The position numbers were made by a program, and so were the translations under genes. Positions 50,807 to 60,289 of a stretch of DNA of 64,000 nucleotides are shown here, one piece after another. The stretch lies in IMG/VR virus record IMGVR_UViG_3300021140_000006; one strand, written 5' to 3'. Source of the stretch: an uncultured virus (IMG/VR IMGVR_UViG_3300021140_000006). Its lineage: Duplodnaviria; Heunggongvirae; Uroviricota; Caudoviricetes. Below the pieces are notes generated by a model. It saw nothing but the letters and a program-made list of their open reading frames with translations, did not search any database and was not told the DNA's origin. How positions within the stretch are numbered: position 1 is the stretch's first letter; the number at the start of each line of letters is the position of its first letter.

Positions 50807-53800
50807 CTAGTAGAAACTGTTTCTATTCTGGAAGAATTTTGATATTGTTGATTCAGTATTTCTAGGATTCATTGGTGGTTGTTGATTTGTTGAGTGTTGA
50901 GTAACATTATTAGTCGGAGCTGAAATGTTATTGACCACAGTAGAAGTATTACTAGCCTCTTTTGAAACTTCTGCAGATTTATCATAAACTACATTAGCAG
51001 CTTCTGGAGCAAGAGTTTTTGGTTTGATTGCTTCGGGTGCTATTTTAGTTTCTGGTTTAATTTTATCCAAGCTCAATTGTTGTGCAATTGGCTTAACTTC
51101 GCCCATAGCAATATTGGAATAAATCTCTAGTCCTTTAGATTTTGCTTCTGCTACAGCATCTTCCAACAATTCATTTTTAGTAATACTATACTTGTTGTTT
51201 TCTTTCAAATCATTATAGATCTTCTTGACATCTTCAGAATATACATTACCGATTTCAGATTGAACTTCTGGTTTACCATTAACTTCTGTTGGTTTACCAT
51301 TAACTTCTGTTGGTTTTACTACTTCTGGTTTACCATTAACTTCTGTTGGTTTTACTACTTCTGGTTTACCATTAACTTCTGGTTTACCGATTTCAGATTG
51401 AACTTCTGGTTTACCATTAACTTCTGGTTTACCGATTTCAGATTGAACTTCTGGTTTACCGATTTCAGATTGAACTTCTGGTTTACCATTAACTTCTGTT
51501 GGTTTTACTACTTCTGGTTTACCGATTTCAGATTTAGTATCTCTAGTTACTAATTTATGAGTCAATACTTCATGAAGTTTAGCGTCATCTTCTGGTTTGA
51601 ATCTTATTTTAGCATCAATGAGTTTCTTCAAATCTTCTGTTGGTAATTCTTGAATACCTTTCCAATCTAGTACTTCCGAATCACCGAAATTATACGATAT
51701 GATCTTTTTATGATGAAGATCTTGTACTACTTTCTTGCCACCTTCACCAAACGATTCATCATAAGCGTCTATAGCGGTAGATCCAACTTCATAAGCAGCT
51801 AATGCAGCAGCTGCTGGACCTGCTAATCGTAATGCCATTTTACCAGCATTCTTCAATACGGAGGCACCAGGAATCTTATTGAATACGCCTTTAGCTTTAT
51901 CAAGTATTCCACGTCCAGTAGAAGTCTTAGGTACTTCCGGTGTAGTTGGTCTAGGCGCATTAGTTGTTCTGTTTGGAAACCTTTCTTCTGGCACGACATC
52001 AGCTAAAGAAGGTGTATGATTATCATCAGTACTCATTTCTGCAACACTAGCGGCAACTGCAGTACCTAATCCTAATCGACCAAATAATCCTCTACGTCTA
52101 CGACCGTTATTTCTAGTAGGAATTGGTCTTCTATTGGTTCTATCGTTTTTAGTTTTTCTTGGTTTGTTAACATCAATATCTTTATCAGCATCATCTGGTT
52201 TTTTAGTAGGTGGTTCTTTTTTCTTGATGATTTCTTCAGTACGTTTTTTGAGTTCTTCGAGAATTAACTTTTGGACTTTGAGAGTTTCGTCTAGTAATTT
52301 ATTCTGGTCATTTGTCGAGGATAATTGATTGTCTTGGAATAACTCAGTTGATCTTGCTGTTTCCAATTTAGTTTCTATATTGGAACTAGTACTTGCATTA
52401 CTGGTAATAGCGTTGCTTGCATTATTGGTATTTGCATTACTTGCATTACTGGTAATAGCGTTGCTTGCATTATTGGTATTTGCATTGCTTGCATTATTGG
52501 TATTTGCATTACTTGCATTACTGGTAATAGCGTTGCTTGCATTATTGGTAATAGCGTTGCTTGCATTACTGGTATTTGCATTACTTGCATTACTGGTATT
52601 TGCATTACTTGCATTATTGGTAATAGCGTTGCTTGCATTATTGGTATTTGCATTGCTTGCATTATTGGTATTTGTATTGCTTGCATTATTGGTAATAGCG
52701 TTGCTTGCGTTGCTTGCATTATTTGTATTTGCATTACTTGCATTATTGGTAATAGCGTTGCTTGCATTATTTGTATTAGCGTTGCTTGCATTATTTGTAT
52801 TTGTATTGCTGATAGTACTAGCATCGGAAACTACATTACTAGAAACTAACGGGGCAATTTTATTTGATAACTTTTCTATAGTAAATTTTATCGAATCTAT
52901 AGCATTAGATAATTCTTCACAGCAATCAGTTTTTTCACATTCACATTCTTGTGAATCATCTGCAGAATCCTTATCTATTTTTACCGTAATAGGTTCGTTT
53001 TCAATTACTACTTTTAATGGTTCAAGTATGGCCAAACCATCACCTGAAATCGGATGTTCAGTTGGTGATGGTTTATCGGATGGAGGCGTCGGTTCAGTTG
53101 GTTTAGCTTTCCAAGAGCCTTCTTTGCCAAAGAATCTAAGATCTTTTTCTCTATCAGATTTCTGTGGATTGGTATATTTGTATCTTGAATCGATTTCAGA
53201 TAATCTACTACCAATTTGTTGTTGTTCTTCTCTGTACTTTTTAGCATCAGGTGAAGTTGATTTGAGGAATTCTTCTTTAGATAGAAGACCTCTATTCTCG
53301 TTCATATTTCTTTCATTCTTATTATTAAGGTATAAAAGTTTTTGTTTCTCTTTATACTGTTCTTTCAACTGCTTATCAGTTTTTACTGAACCAGCAGCTC
53401 GTTCAGTAGTAATGTACTGGTTTCTATTTCTAGCATTCTTAGAAAAAATGGATGATACGTTATTAGTTATTCCTTTGAATGTACTACCAACAGTTGTTTT
53501 ACCAGTATCATTATCCTTAAACGTATTTTTGAGTTTACCAAATGACTCTTTTAACAAATCCATACGAGTAAACATATTATGGTAAACTGGATCATTAAGT
53601 GCTTTATCCGCTACATCTACATTATGTTGAGACTTTAAAGCAGCAGATATCTTTTTAAGTTCTTCTAGCGATTTGTCTTTACTAGACTGGTCGTCCTTTT
53701 TATTGTCAGACTTTTCTTTATCTTCTACCTTAGCAACATCAGCTTCTTTGATATCTCTTTCCTTACTAGATGCCATAATAGTAGACATCTTTTCAGATAT

Positions 53801-53926
53801 ATCGGACAAGTCTTGAGCCATGCTTTGAAGTTCTATATTACTAGCATCAAGGGCATCATTGCTAATGATTGCAAGTTCTTCCAATTTTACTAAATGTTCT
53901 ATTTGTTGGTTGAGAATTTTCTTCAT
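50807..53926 (-). CDS. Tape-measure/gp29-like protein with low-complexity repeats
   Basis: 1039 aa, helical; follows gp26/gp51-like genes; C-terminal VVNNISAPTNN motif. Confidence 0.65.
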   Translation of the reverse strand: MKKILNQQIEHLVKLEELAIISNDALDASNIELQSMAQDLSDISEKMSTIMASSKERDIKEADVAKVEDKEKSDNKKDDQSSKDKSLEELKKISAALKSQHNVDVADKALNDPVYHNMFTRMDLLKESFGKLKNTFKDNDTGKTTVGSTFKGITNNVSSIFSKNARNRNQYITTERAAGSVKTDKQLKEQYKEKQKLLYLNNKNERNMNENRGLLSKEEFLKSTSPDAKKYREEQQQIGSRLSEIDSRYKYTNPQKSDREKDLRFFGKEGSWKAKPTEPTPPSDKPSPTEHPISGDGLAILEPLKVVIENEPITVKIDKDSADDSQECECEKTDCCEELSNAIDSIKFTIEKLSNKIAPLVSSNVVSDASTISNTNTNNASNANTNNASNAITNNASNANTNNASNASNAITNNASNTNTNNASNANTNNASNAITNNASNANTSNASNANTSNASNAITNNASNAITSNASNANTNNASNANTNNASNAITSNASNANTNNASNAITSNASTSSNIETKLETARSTELFQDNQLSSTNDQNKLLDETLKVQKLILEELKKRTEEIIKKKEPPTKKPDDADKDIDVNKPRKTKNDRTNRRPIPTRNNGRRRRGLFGRLGLGTAVAASVAEMSTDDNHTPSLADVVPEERFPNRTTNAPRPTTPEVPKTSTGRGILDKAKGVFNKIPGASVLKNAGKMALRLAGPAAAALAAYEVGSTAIDAYDESFGEGGKKVVQDLHHKKIISYNFGDSEVLDWKGIQELPTEDLKKLIDAKIRFKPEDDAKLHEVLTHKLVTRDTKSEIGKPEVVKPTEVNGKPEVQSEIGKPEVQSEIGKPEVNGKPEVQSEIGKPEVNGKPEVVKPTEVNGKPEVVKPTEVNGKPTEVNGKPEVQSEIGNVYSEDVKKIYNDLKENNKYSITKNELLEDAVAEAKSKGLEIYSNIAMGEVKPIAQQLSLDKIKPETKIAPEAIKPKTLAPEAANVVYDKSAEVSKEASNTSTVVNNISAPTNNVTQHSTNQQPPMNPRNTESTISKFFQNRNSFY
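51251..51533 (-). repeat. Coding tandem repeats (GKPEV with QSEI/N/VKPTE variants)
   Basis: Repeated AACTTCTGGTTTACC units. Confidence 0.9.
52391..52805 (-). repeat. Coding 24-nt tandem repeat NASNA(N/I)T(N/S), about 16 copies
   Basis: Repeated TTGCATTA(T/C)TGGTA units. Confidence 0.92.
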
Positions 53927-53940
53927 GACCCATCCTGTGG

Positions 53941-54120
53941 TTATTTGTTCTGTTGATCCCTTTTTCTTTCTTCTAAGTATTCTACTAGCATAGCTATGTA
54001 AATTTCCCTCTCGAACGGTATCATATTTTCAATATCTGACAAAGCATATTTGTGATACTGCATTAAGGCAAAGTTCAGTTTATAGAAATTTGCCAACGAG
54101 TCATGCGAGAGGGCTACTAG
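53941..54120 (-). CDS. gp51-like baseplate assembly domain in the -1 frame of gp26 (not in ORF track)
   Basis: LVALSHDSLANFYKLNFALMQYHKYALSDIENMIPFEREIY; first ATG only at 54063. Confidence 0.8.
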   Translation of the reverse strand, partial: LVALSHDSLANFYKLNFALMQYHKYALSDIENMIPFEREIYIAMLVEYLEERKRDQQNK

Positions 54121-54830
54121 AAAAAACTATCAATCCCTTCGATATACTTGTTATGCGCTAATCCACACAATGGGCAAGTATACTTTACATCTTGTCTTAA
54201 TTTTGGCATGGTCTCGAAAAACTTAACCAATTCTTGGAATTGTACTTGTGTTAAGTTATTAATGAACTCATGCAGTTCTTGTCTAGTCTGGTCTTTTGCA
54301 TAGAAGAATTCATCATCTGAATAGATATAATCAATACTACTAATGATAAGATCAAATATGCCATTAATATCGTCATCTTCTAATGTATCAAATTTAGAAA
54401 TTGCACTAACATCAGGATACTTTAATACTACTCCAGTCGTATCAAATAACTTTATCTTGTTAGTATGATTAGGATCTTTCTTAACTTTCAATTGAGTCAA
54501 ATCAAAGTTGATCTTTGTTTTGGCTTTAGGATCAATGCAAGTATCACATGAGAAAATTAATGCTACAATCTCTCCAATTGATTTTGCCCTAATTTGGAGT
54601 AACAAGTATTCGAGATCAAACATTGCCAAAGATTCAACATCTATATCATCAACCACACAATGCTTTACAACATCTTTCAGTGTATCCGCCATGATACCTT
54701 TATCATCACTTTGTTGAGCTAATAGTAATGCTTTTTCTTCTCTTACTTGGAACGGTTTAAATTTGATTACTTTTCCAGTTGAAGGAAGTTCTGTTGAGTA
54801 TGTTGGTAGTATTTGTTTTGGTAAAGCCAT
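54117..54830 (-). CDS. 26: gp26-like baseplate hub assembly chaperone
   Basis: MALPK..LP.Y...LPSTGK...PFQVREEKALL, FDLEYL.LQIRAKSIGE, FFETMPKL; ends IDSFF. Confidence 0.88.
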   Translation of the reverse strand: MALPKQILPTYSTELPSTGKVIKFKPFQVREEKALLLAQQSDDKGIMADTLKDVVKHCVVDDIDVESLAMFDLEYLLLQIRAKSIGEIVALIFSCDTCIDPKAKTKINFDLTQLKVKKDPNHTNKIKLFDTTGVVLKYPDVSAISKFDTLEDDDINGIFDLIISSIDYIYSDDEFFYAKDQTRQELHEFINNLTQVQFQELVKFFETMPKLRQDVKYTCPLCGLAHNKYIEGIDSFF

Positions 54831-54832
54831 AA

Positions 54833-55243
54833 TTAGTCGCCTTTATTCATTTTGTCTATAAGTTTCGAGAGTTCTGCTGTAGAACCAACAAATATAGAAT
54901 TGTTAGTCACGTTGGTTGCTTTTTGGTCAGGTTCTTTAGTTTCAAGTTTTTGTTTCTTTGTGTGTACGTCAAGTAACTGATGATTTATATCAGCAAGTTG
55001 TTTGATAAGATTACCAACAACTTCAAATGCTCTTGGGTGTTCGGATTGTTTAGCAATCTCAAGAGCAGCATCAAGGGCATCCTGTCCACTTTGAAGTAGT
55101 CCATATAAGTTACTCCTAGTCTGATCGCAGTCATAAGATACAGCATCATCTTTAGGAGGAATTATTACTCCCTTCTTAGTAATCAAGTCTCCATCCATAG
55201 GAGTCAAGTCAAAGACATCATTTAGTTTTGCATCAATGTTCAT
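54833..55243 (-). CDS. Terminase small subunit (gp16-like)
   Basis: SEHPRAFEV, NNSIFVGSTAEL. Confidence 0.8.
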   Translation of the reverse strand: MNIDAKLNDVFDLTPMDGDLITKKGVIIPPKDDAVSYDCDQTRSNLYGLLQSGQDALDAALEIAKQSEHPRAFEVVGNLIKQLADINHQLLDVHTKKQKLETKEPDQKATNVTNNSIFVGSTAELSKLIDKMNKGD

Positions 55244-55995
55244 TGTAACCCTAATAATAAAATAGGTTGTTCTAAAGCCTGAATAGTAGATTCCTTCATA
55301 ATGTCTGAAATTGTCTGTTGTTTGGCTACATTCTTTGCTAGAGATGATAAAGAAACATTACCAGTACTCAACACAGTATCAATAGTAGTTCCTTTGGATG
55401 TTTCTATAGTATTCTGCTTAGTATAATCAAACACACTGTAATTTCTATATTGTAAAGTCACATTCAATTTCATTACACCTTCAGAACTATAACTCATGGA
55501 AATTTCACCCACTGACTTTGGATAGCATTCATGAAGAGTTACTTTGTATTTTTCATTATGTTCTACATCATAAACGTAAATATCAACTGTAGTAGTGTAA
55601 TCACTATAGTATGCATGATTTCTAGTTATTGGATTGATAATGTAATTTAGCCACAAATCGAAGAATTTTTTAATCTTGAAATCAACATCCACATAAAATG
55701 TCAAATTGACTGGATCATATATTCTTTGAGTTGGCTGTTCTCTTATCTCACCATAAGGAGAAACGTCAACAGTGCTCAATGATGTTCCTGGCAACGGAGC
55801 CGAATCACAAAACATAATATATCGCTTCATGGCATCAGCAAAGGCTATTTCATCTTTAATGACTACTTCACCATTAGCATTAGTAGGAGTATGAATAAGA
55901 ACACCAAAATGAGTATTCCTCATCAATCCTTTATTTTTTACTTCGGATATGAAGTTTTGTAATCCTGTTATAGTATCGTGGTGTGCAGCACTCAT
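55240..55995 (-). CDS. gp54/gp19-like baseplate tail-tube initiator
   Basis: CDSAPLPG, YDPVNLTFYVD, ECYPKSVGEI.MSY. Confidence 0.75.
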   Translation of the reverse strand: MSAAHHDTITGLQNFISEVKNKGLMRNTHFGVLIHTPTNANGEVVIKDEIAFADAMKRYIMFCDSAPLPGTSLSTVDVSPYGEIREQPTQRIYDPVNLTFYVDVDFKIKKFFDLWLNYIINPITRNHAYYSDYTTTVDIYVYDVEHNEKYKVTLHECYPKSVGEISMSYSSEGVMKLNVTLQYRNYSVFDYTKQNTIETSKGTTIDTVLSTGNVSLSSLAKNVAKQQTISDIMKESTIQALEQPILLLGLQ

Positions 55996-56003
55996 AACTT
56001 TCC

Positions 56004-56756
56004 TTATTGTTTCCAGATGTATTCTTTAGTCTCACCAACAAACATTTCATTTGGTAGTAATGATGCCATTACCCAATTATCAGAATGAATCTTTTTGATT
56101 GGTGTCTTGAAATGGTCGTACAGATATCTGTGAATACATTTCTCAAAATGTTTTCCCTTTGCTACTGTTCTAAGTATATCATAAGAAATAGTCAACTTTG
56201 CACTAGTAGTTTTTCTTGGGCTCTTTGCAATTTCTTGAAGAGCATCCAACAATAATATTCTCTGTTTATAATGAAGATAATGAAGATTTATTCCTATAAA
56301 TCCATCAGGCATCATTCTAAATGGAAACACTAATGGAAACTTATCCCAGTACGGTAAAGTATCTTTATGTTTAGCATCATAATAGTACATATACAACTCA
56401 CCAGGAACAGGATGTGATACTGTAGTACTAGTCAATTTGCCTGCTCTAACCGATGCTAATCTTTTTGCTTCTGAATTGAACCATGATTTTGAATTCTTAA
56501 TGATATCCTTCAATTCATAATTGGAAGCATCAACCACTTGTTTTTGAATGGATTTCTTAGGAAGCGATTGAGTCTTAACATTGATCTTGTCCCATATCTT
56601 ACCAGGCATCTTTATAGAACCAGATTCCATCTTGACGTATGCTGCTTCAGAAACACCAGCATACTCTGCAGCTTGCTTAGTAGTCAATCCATGTAGTTTA
56701 CGTAGGTCTTTAAGTTGTTGGATTGATGGACTTTCTGTTGGTTCTTGCTGTATCAT
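56004..56756 (-). CDS. 2: DNA end-protector gp2 with N-terminal XRE-type HTH
   Basis: LKDLRKLHGLT.KQAA..AGVS...Y...E.G, then YDAKHKDTLPYWDKFPLVF and GINLHYL; TATAAATA at 56791-56784. Confidence 0.85.
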   Translation of the reverse strand: MIQQEPTESPSIQQLKDLRKLHGLTTKQAAEYAGVSEAAYVKMESGSIKMPGKIWDKINVKTQSLPKKSIQKQVVDASNYELKDIIKNSKSWFNSEAKRLASVRAGKLTSTTVSHPVPGELYMYYYDAKHKDTLPYWDKFPLVFPFRMMPDGFIGINLHYLHYKQRILLLDALQEIAKSPRKTTSAKLTISYDILRTVAKGKHFEKCIHRYLYDHFKTPIKKIHSDNWVMASLLPNEMFVGETKEYIWKQ

Positions 56757-56791
56757 AAAGGTTCCTTAATTATTCACTCATTCTATTTATA

Positions 56792-57235
56792 TCAAAAAAG
56801 ATGTTTTTCAGTTAATACTATAAATTCCCATCCCCTATCAGTTGCCCATCTATTAGCGGCTTCCCATTTTGCTTGATTAACCATAAAAGTAGCACATTCT
56901 GTCAAGTATCGTTTAGTCTGTCTTGATGGTGCTTTTGGTGGTCTACATTGAGCATCAGGTTTGATTTCTACCAAATATGTTTTGATTTCACCTTTGGAAT
57001 TCTTAACCTTTATTTTGAAATCCAAGAAGTATCTGTGTGGTTTGTTATCGACTGGAGAACGATAAGGAACAATAGTTTCTTCTGAAGACCATTTGATAAC
57101 ATTAGAGTTACCATCGACCCAATTCATGAATTTCAATTCCCAACTTGATCTATAGAAAATTTGGCTAACATTACCTTCATATTTCTCTGGATGCTTAGGT
57201 TTCCAATTACCTTGGTGATATTTTTGTTTCTTCAT
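56792..57235 (-). CDS. 4: Head completion protein gp4
   Basis: YRSSWE, WSSEE, HRYFLDF, EIKP, NQAKW, LTEKHL. Confidence 0.92.
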   Translation of the reverse strand: MKKQKYHQGNWKPKHPEKYEGNVSQIFYRSSWELKFMNWVDGNSNVIKWSSEETIVPYRSPVDNKPHRYFLDFKIKVKNSKGEIKTYLVEIKPDAQCRPPKAPSRQTKRYLTECATFMVNQAKWEAANRWATDRGWEFIVLTEKHLF

Positions 57236-57241
57236 AATTCC

Positions 57242-57258
57242 TATTTATTATATAAATA
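57242..57258. promoter_or_regulatory. Back-to-back late promoters
   Basis: AATAAATA on minus and TATAAATA on plus between divergent gp4 and gp48. Confidence 0.8.
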
Positions 57259-57289
57259 ATACTAATTATGTATTACTACGAGAATACCA

Positions 57290-58357
57290 ATGGCAAAAAG
57301 AACCGCATTTCAAAAACAAGATTTTACGAGTACTTACAAATCTAATGAATATAGTTACCCATCTGATTTAGTTAATAGTGCTGAATATGGTGGCAACTTT
57401 GTTGTGTTCTATATTAATGTACAATCACAATCAAAATTAAGACCATCAGACCAAGTAGTATTGGGTGCCATTACTGGACTCAATAATAATATAGGTAAGA
57501 TATCTACAACTACTGCTGAGATAGTTCAAGGAACGAAAGGAGCTATTGCTGGTGGAGCAGTATCTGCTGTTACTGGATTGATTACGGGCAGTGGAAATGC
57601 TGGTACTAAGTCATTTGGAGATTCACTTGGTGCTGCGGGTAAAGCTCTTGCTGCTCCAGTATTGGGAGCAGTCGCTAAAGCTGGAGCAGTTGGTTTGATT
57701 GCTGCTGAAAGCGGCGGATTTTCTCAACCAGTAAAACGATTAAAAACTGCCATTGCTCTTTATATGCCACCGCAAGTGTCAACAACTTATGGCGTGAATT
57801 ATTCTGAAGCAGAAATGCCAATGTCATTTATGGGATTGCAAGCATTAAGTGATGCAGAAGGTTTAGGAAATACTGTAAATACTGCGGCATCAATTGGAGC
57901 AGCATTATCATTGACTGGTTCTTCTGCTGCCGATGCAATGTCTAAATTATCCAAACTAGCAAGCAATCCAACAACTGAAATGATATTCAAATCGGTTGAT
58001 ACTAGAACGATATCATTCAATTATCGGTTTGCTCCTAAATCTGAAAAAGAAGCACAGAATGTATTGAATATTATCCAAGAATTCAAATTTCACATGCACC
58101 CAGAATTCAAAGATGCTACTAGCTTTCTATACATTTATCCATCTGAATTTGATATTGTATACTATTCTGGTGGTACTGAGAATGATAATATTCATAGACA
58201 TACTTCTTGTGTACTAATGAATATGGTAGTAAATTATTCTCCTAATAGTATATTCTCTACCTTTGATAACGGTATGCCTACTCAGATCGAAATTACCTTA
58301 TCATTCAAAGAATTGGCTAAACTAGATAAACAGAAAATTATGGAAGGAGGATACTAA
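57290..58357 (+). CDS. 48: Baseplate tail-tube cap gp48
   Basis: YPSDL, IALYMP, NP..EMIF..V..R, APKSEKEA, YPSEFDI, LSFKE. Confidence 0.85.
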   Translation: MAKRTAFQKQDFTSTYKSNEYSYPSDLVNSAEYGGNFVVFYINVQSQSKLRPSDQVVLGAITGLNNNIGKISTTTAEIVQGTKGAIAGGAVSAVTGLITGSGNAGTKSFGDSLGAAGKALAAPVLGAVAKAGAVGLIAAESGGFSQPVKRLKTAIALYMPPQVSTTYGVNYSEAEMPMSFMGLQALSDAEGLGNTVNTAASIGAALSLTGSSAADAMSKLSKLASNPTTEMIFKSVDTRTISFNYRFAPKSEKEAQNVLNIIQEFKFHMHPEFKDATSFLYIYPSEFDIVYYSGGTENDNIHRHTSCVLMNMVVNYSPNSIFSTFDNGMPTQIEITLSFKELAKLDKQKIMEGGY

Positions 58358-58914
58358 TGTACTTCGATAACTTTGATAAGATATACTACGATTTTGAGAT
58401 CAATGGTAAGACTCAGAAATCTATCATGACTAATATTATGAAGAATGTTAGAATAAGAAAAGAAGTCTTATCTAATATTACTCTTTACGACCAATACATT
58501 ATTCGTGATGGTGAGTCTCCAGAATTCATTGCTGAAAAGGTATATGGCAAACCAGAATACCATTGGGCAATTATGTTAGCTAACGATATGTATGACTACT
58601 TGAATGATTTTCCACTAGCAGAAAGATCAATGCCTAAAATGATATCAGACAAGTATGGAGAGGATCACGTGTATGATGTTCATCACTATCAAGCCACTAT
58701 AGATGGTCAGATATTTATAGTATCTCAGGACCCAGGTGGAGTAAGTCGAAGTACTTATTCTAATATGGCCTGGAATAACGAAGAACCTAATCCATATGTC
58801 GTTGCGGTATCTAATTCAGACTACGAGTACTCAGTAAACGAAAGTAAAAGGGTAATCAAGATAATTTCTCCTACAATAATTGAACAAGTGGCAGCAGAAT
58901 TGAGTAAATTATAA
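58357..58914 (+). CDS. 53: Baseplate wedge gp53
   Basis: MYF..F, DGESPE.IA.KVYG...YHWAI.LAN, HHY, NESKR.IKI. Confidence 0.9.
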   Translation: MYFDNFDKIYYDFEINGKTQKSIMTNIMKNVRIRKEVLSNITLYDQYIIRDGESPEFIAEKVYGKPEYHWAIMLANDMYDYLNDFPLAERSMPKMISDKYGEDHVYDVHHYQATIDGQIFIVSQDPGGVSRSTYSNMAWNNEEPNPYVVAVSNSDYEYSVNESKRVIKIISPTIIEQVAAELSKL

Positions 58915-60188
58915 TGTCAGAAATTACTACAGATTTACAATATGCTGGCGATGTTAATATCGAATTCATAGAGATTATATCATCAAAACTCAACTCATTG
59001 AATATAAGAAACCAAGTCGTATCACTTAACATATATGAAGATATATTTTCACCATTTATTACTGGTACTATAGTAGTTAAGGATGCTCTCGATCTTGTTA
59101 ACTTCTTTCCGTTGGTAGGTGATGAAACTATAAAGATAAAACTATCGACTCCAGGATTTACTGATAAGAAAGGTATCATTGATTTAAACTGTAAAATCTA
59201 TAAAATGTCTAATCGAGAAATGATTGGTAATCGTGTAGTTGGGTACATGCTTCATTTCATTTCATCTGAAGCCATCATGGATCTGAACTTGAAATTGAGT
59301 AAAGCATATACTGGTAATATTAGTGATATTGTAGCATCTATTCTTACTGAATGTAGTATAAGTGATCCAGAAAGATTCCATATAGAACCAACAATCAATG
59401 CAGTAACTTATGTTTCTAATTATTGGTCTCCCGTCAAGAATCTAAATTATCTTGCTGAACATGCTATTAGTAATCACAACTCACCAACATTCTTGTTCTT
59501 TGAGAATCGAAATGGACTGAACTTTGTTTCATTAGGAGAACTTTATACCTATCCGGTAGTAAGAAACTTCATCTGTAATGATTATTCAAGAGACTATATT
59601 CCTGCTTCTAATGGTTCGATAAGAAATATTGAGAAGGATTTCAGTCAGGTTATTGATGTCAATATTCCAGTAGCATTTGATTACATAGATAGAATTACTA
59701 ATGGAGCATTTGCTTCTACTTTGATTACTCATGATATTACAACCAAGACTTACAATTATGCCGGGTTCGATTTCCTAAAAGATTATGAGGATGACAAGAG
59801 GCTTAACAAGTATCCATTGATTAGCAAGAATATCCTACATTCTCCTGCTGCAGCAATTGCTACTATTCACAAAGCTAATGGAGTACTTCCTGGTAATAAT
59901 GATATTACGAATTCTAAGATATTCCAGAAGAGAAGATCATTGTTGACTTTGGCCGATAGTGCTAAGATTGAAATTACTGTATTGGGTAGAACTGATTATA
60001 CTGTTGGCCAAAAGATTAACGTATACTTCAATCAAATAAAACCTATCGATAAAGAAGACAAAGATATTGACGACTTGGTATTTTCTGGTGACTATATTAT
60101 TTCTTCTATTAAGCACTTTATTGATAGAACATCTCACAAGTGCATTTTCGAGCTCATTAAAGACTCGACGATGTGTCAGACAACATAA
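58914..60188 (+). CDS. Baseplate hub gp27-like tail protein
   Basis: IYEDIFSPFITG, FLFFEN, SGDYIISSIKH, ELIKDS; position between gp53 and gp5. Confidence 0.75.
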   Translation: MSEITTDLQYAGDVNIEFIEIISSKLNSLNIRNQVVSLNIYEDIFSPFITGTIVVKDALDLVNFFPLVGDETIKIKLSTPGFTDKKGIIDLNCKIYKMSNREMIGNRVVGYMLHFISSEAIMDLNLKLSKAYTGNISDIVASILTECSISDPERFHIEPTINAVTYVSNYWSPVKNLNYLAEHAISNHNSPTFLFFENRNGLNFVSLGELYTYPVVRNFICNDYSRDYIPASNGSIRNIEKDFSQVIDVNIPVAFDYIDRITNGAFASTLITHDITTKTYNYAGFDFLKDYEDDKRLNKYPLISKNILHSPAAAIATIHKANGVLPGNNDITNSKIFQKRRSLLTLADSAKIEITVLGRTDYTVGQKINVYFNQIKPIDKEDKDIDDLVFSGDYIISSIKHFIDRTSHKCIFELIKDSTMCQTT

Positions 60189-60200
60189 TATGCCAACTTT

Positions 60201-60289
60201 TATAAATACATATAGTACAAAAAGCTACTCGCGATGTTACAAGCATCCAGTAGCACTAATCATTCTTCAAGACAATTATAGGAATTATC
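60201..60289 (+). ncRNA. Late promoter plus candidate leader RNA, copy 4
   Basis: TATAAATA; GCTACT-CGC-GATG/loop/CATC-C-AGTAGC-ACTAATCATTCT...AGGA. Confidence 0.6.

Noticed and set aside
52329..53585. 418-aa hydrophobic ORF (LLALLVIA repeats) and ORFs 52375-52824 and 51260-51553
   Set aside because: Shadow frames of the tandem repeats in the tape-measure-like gene
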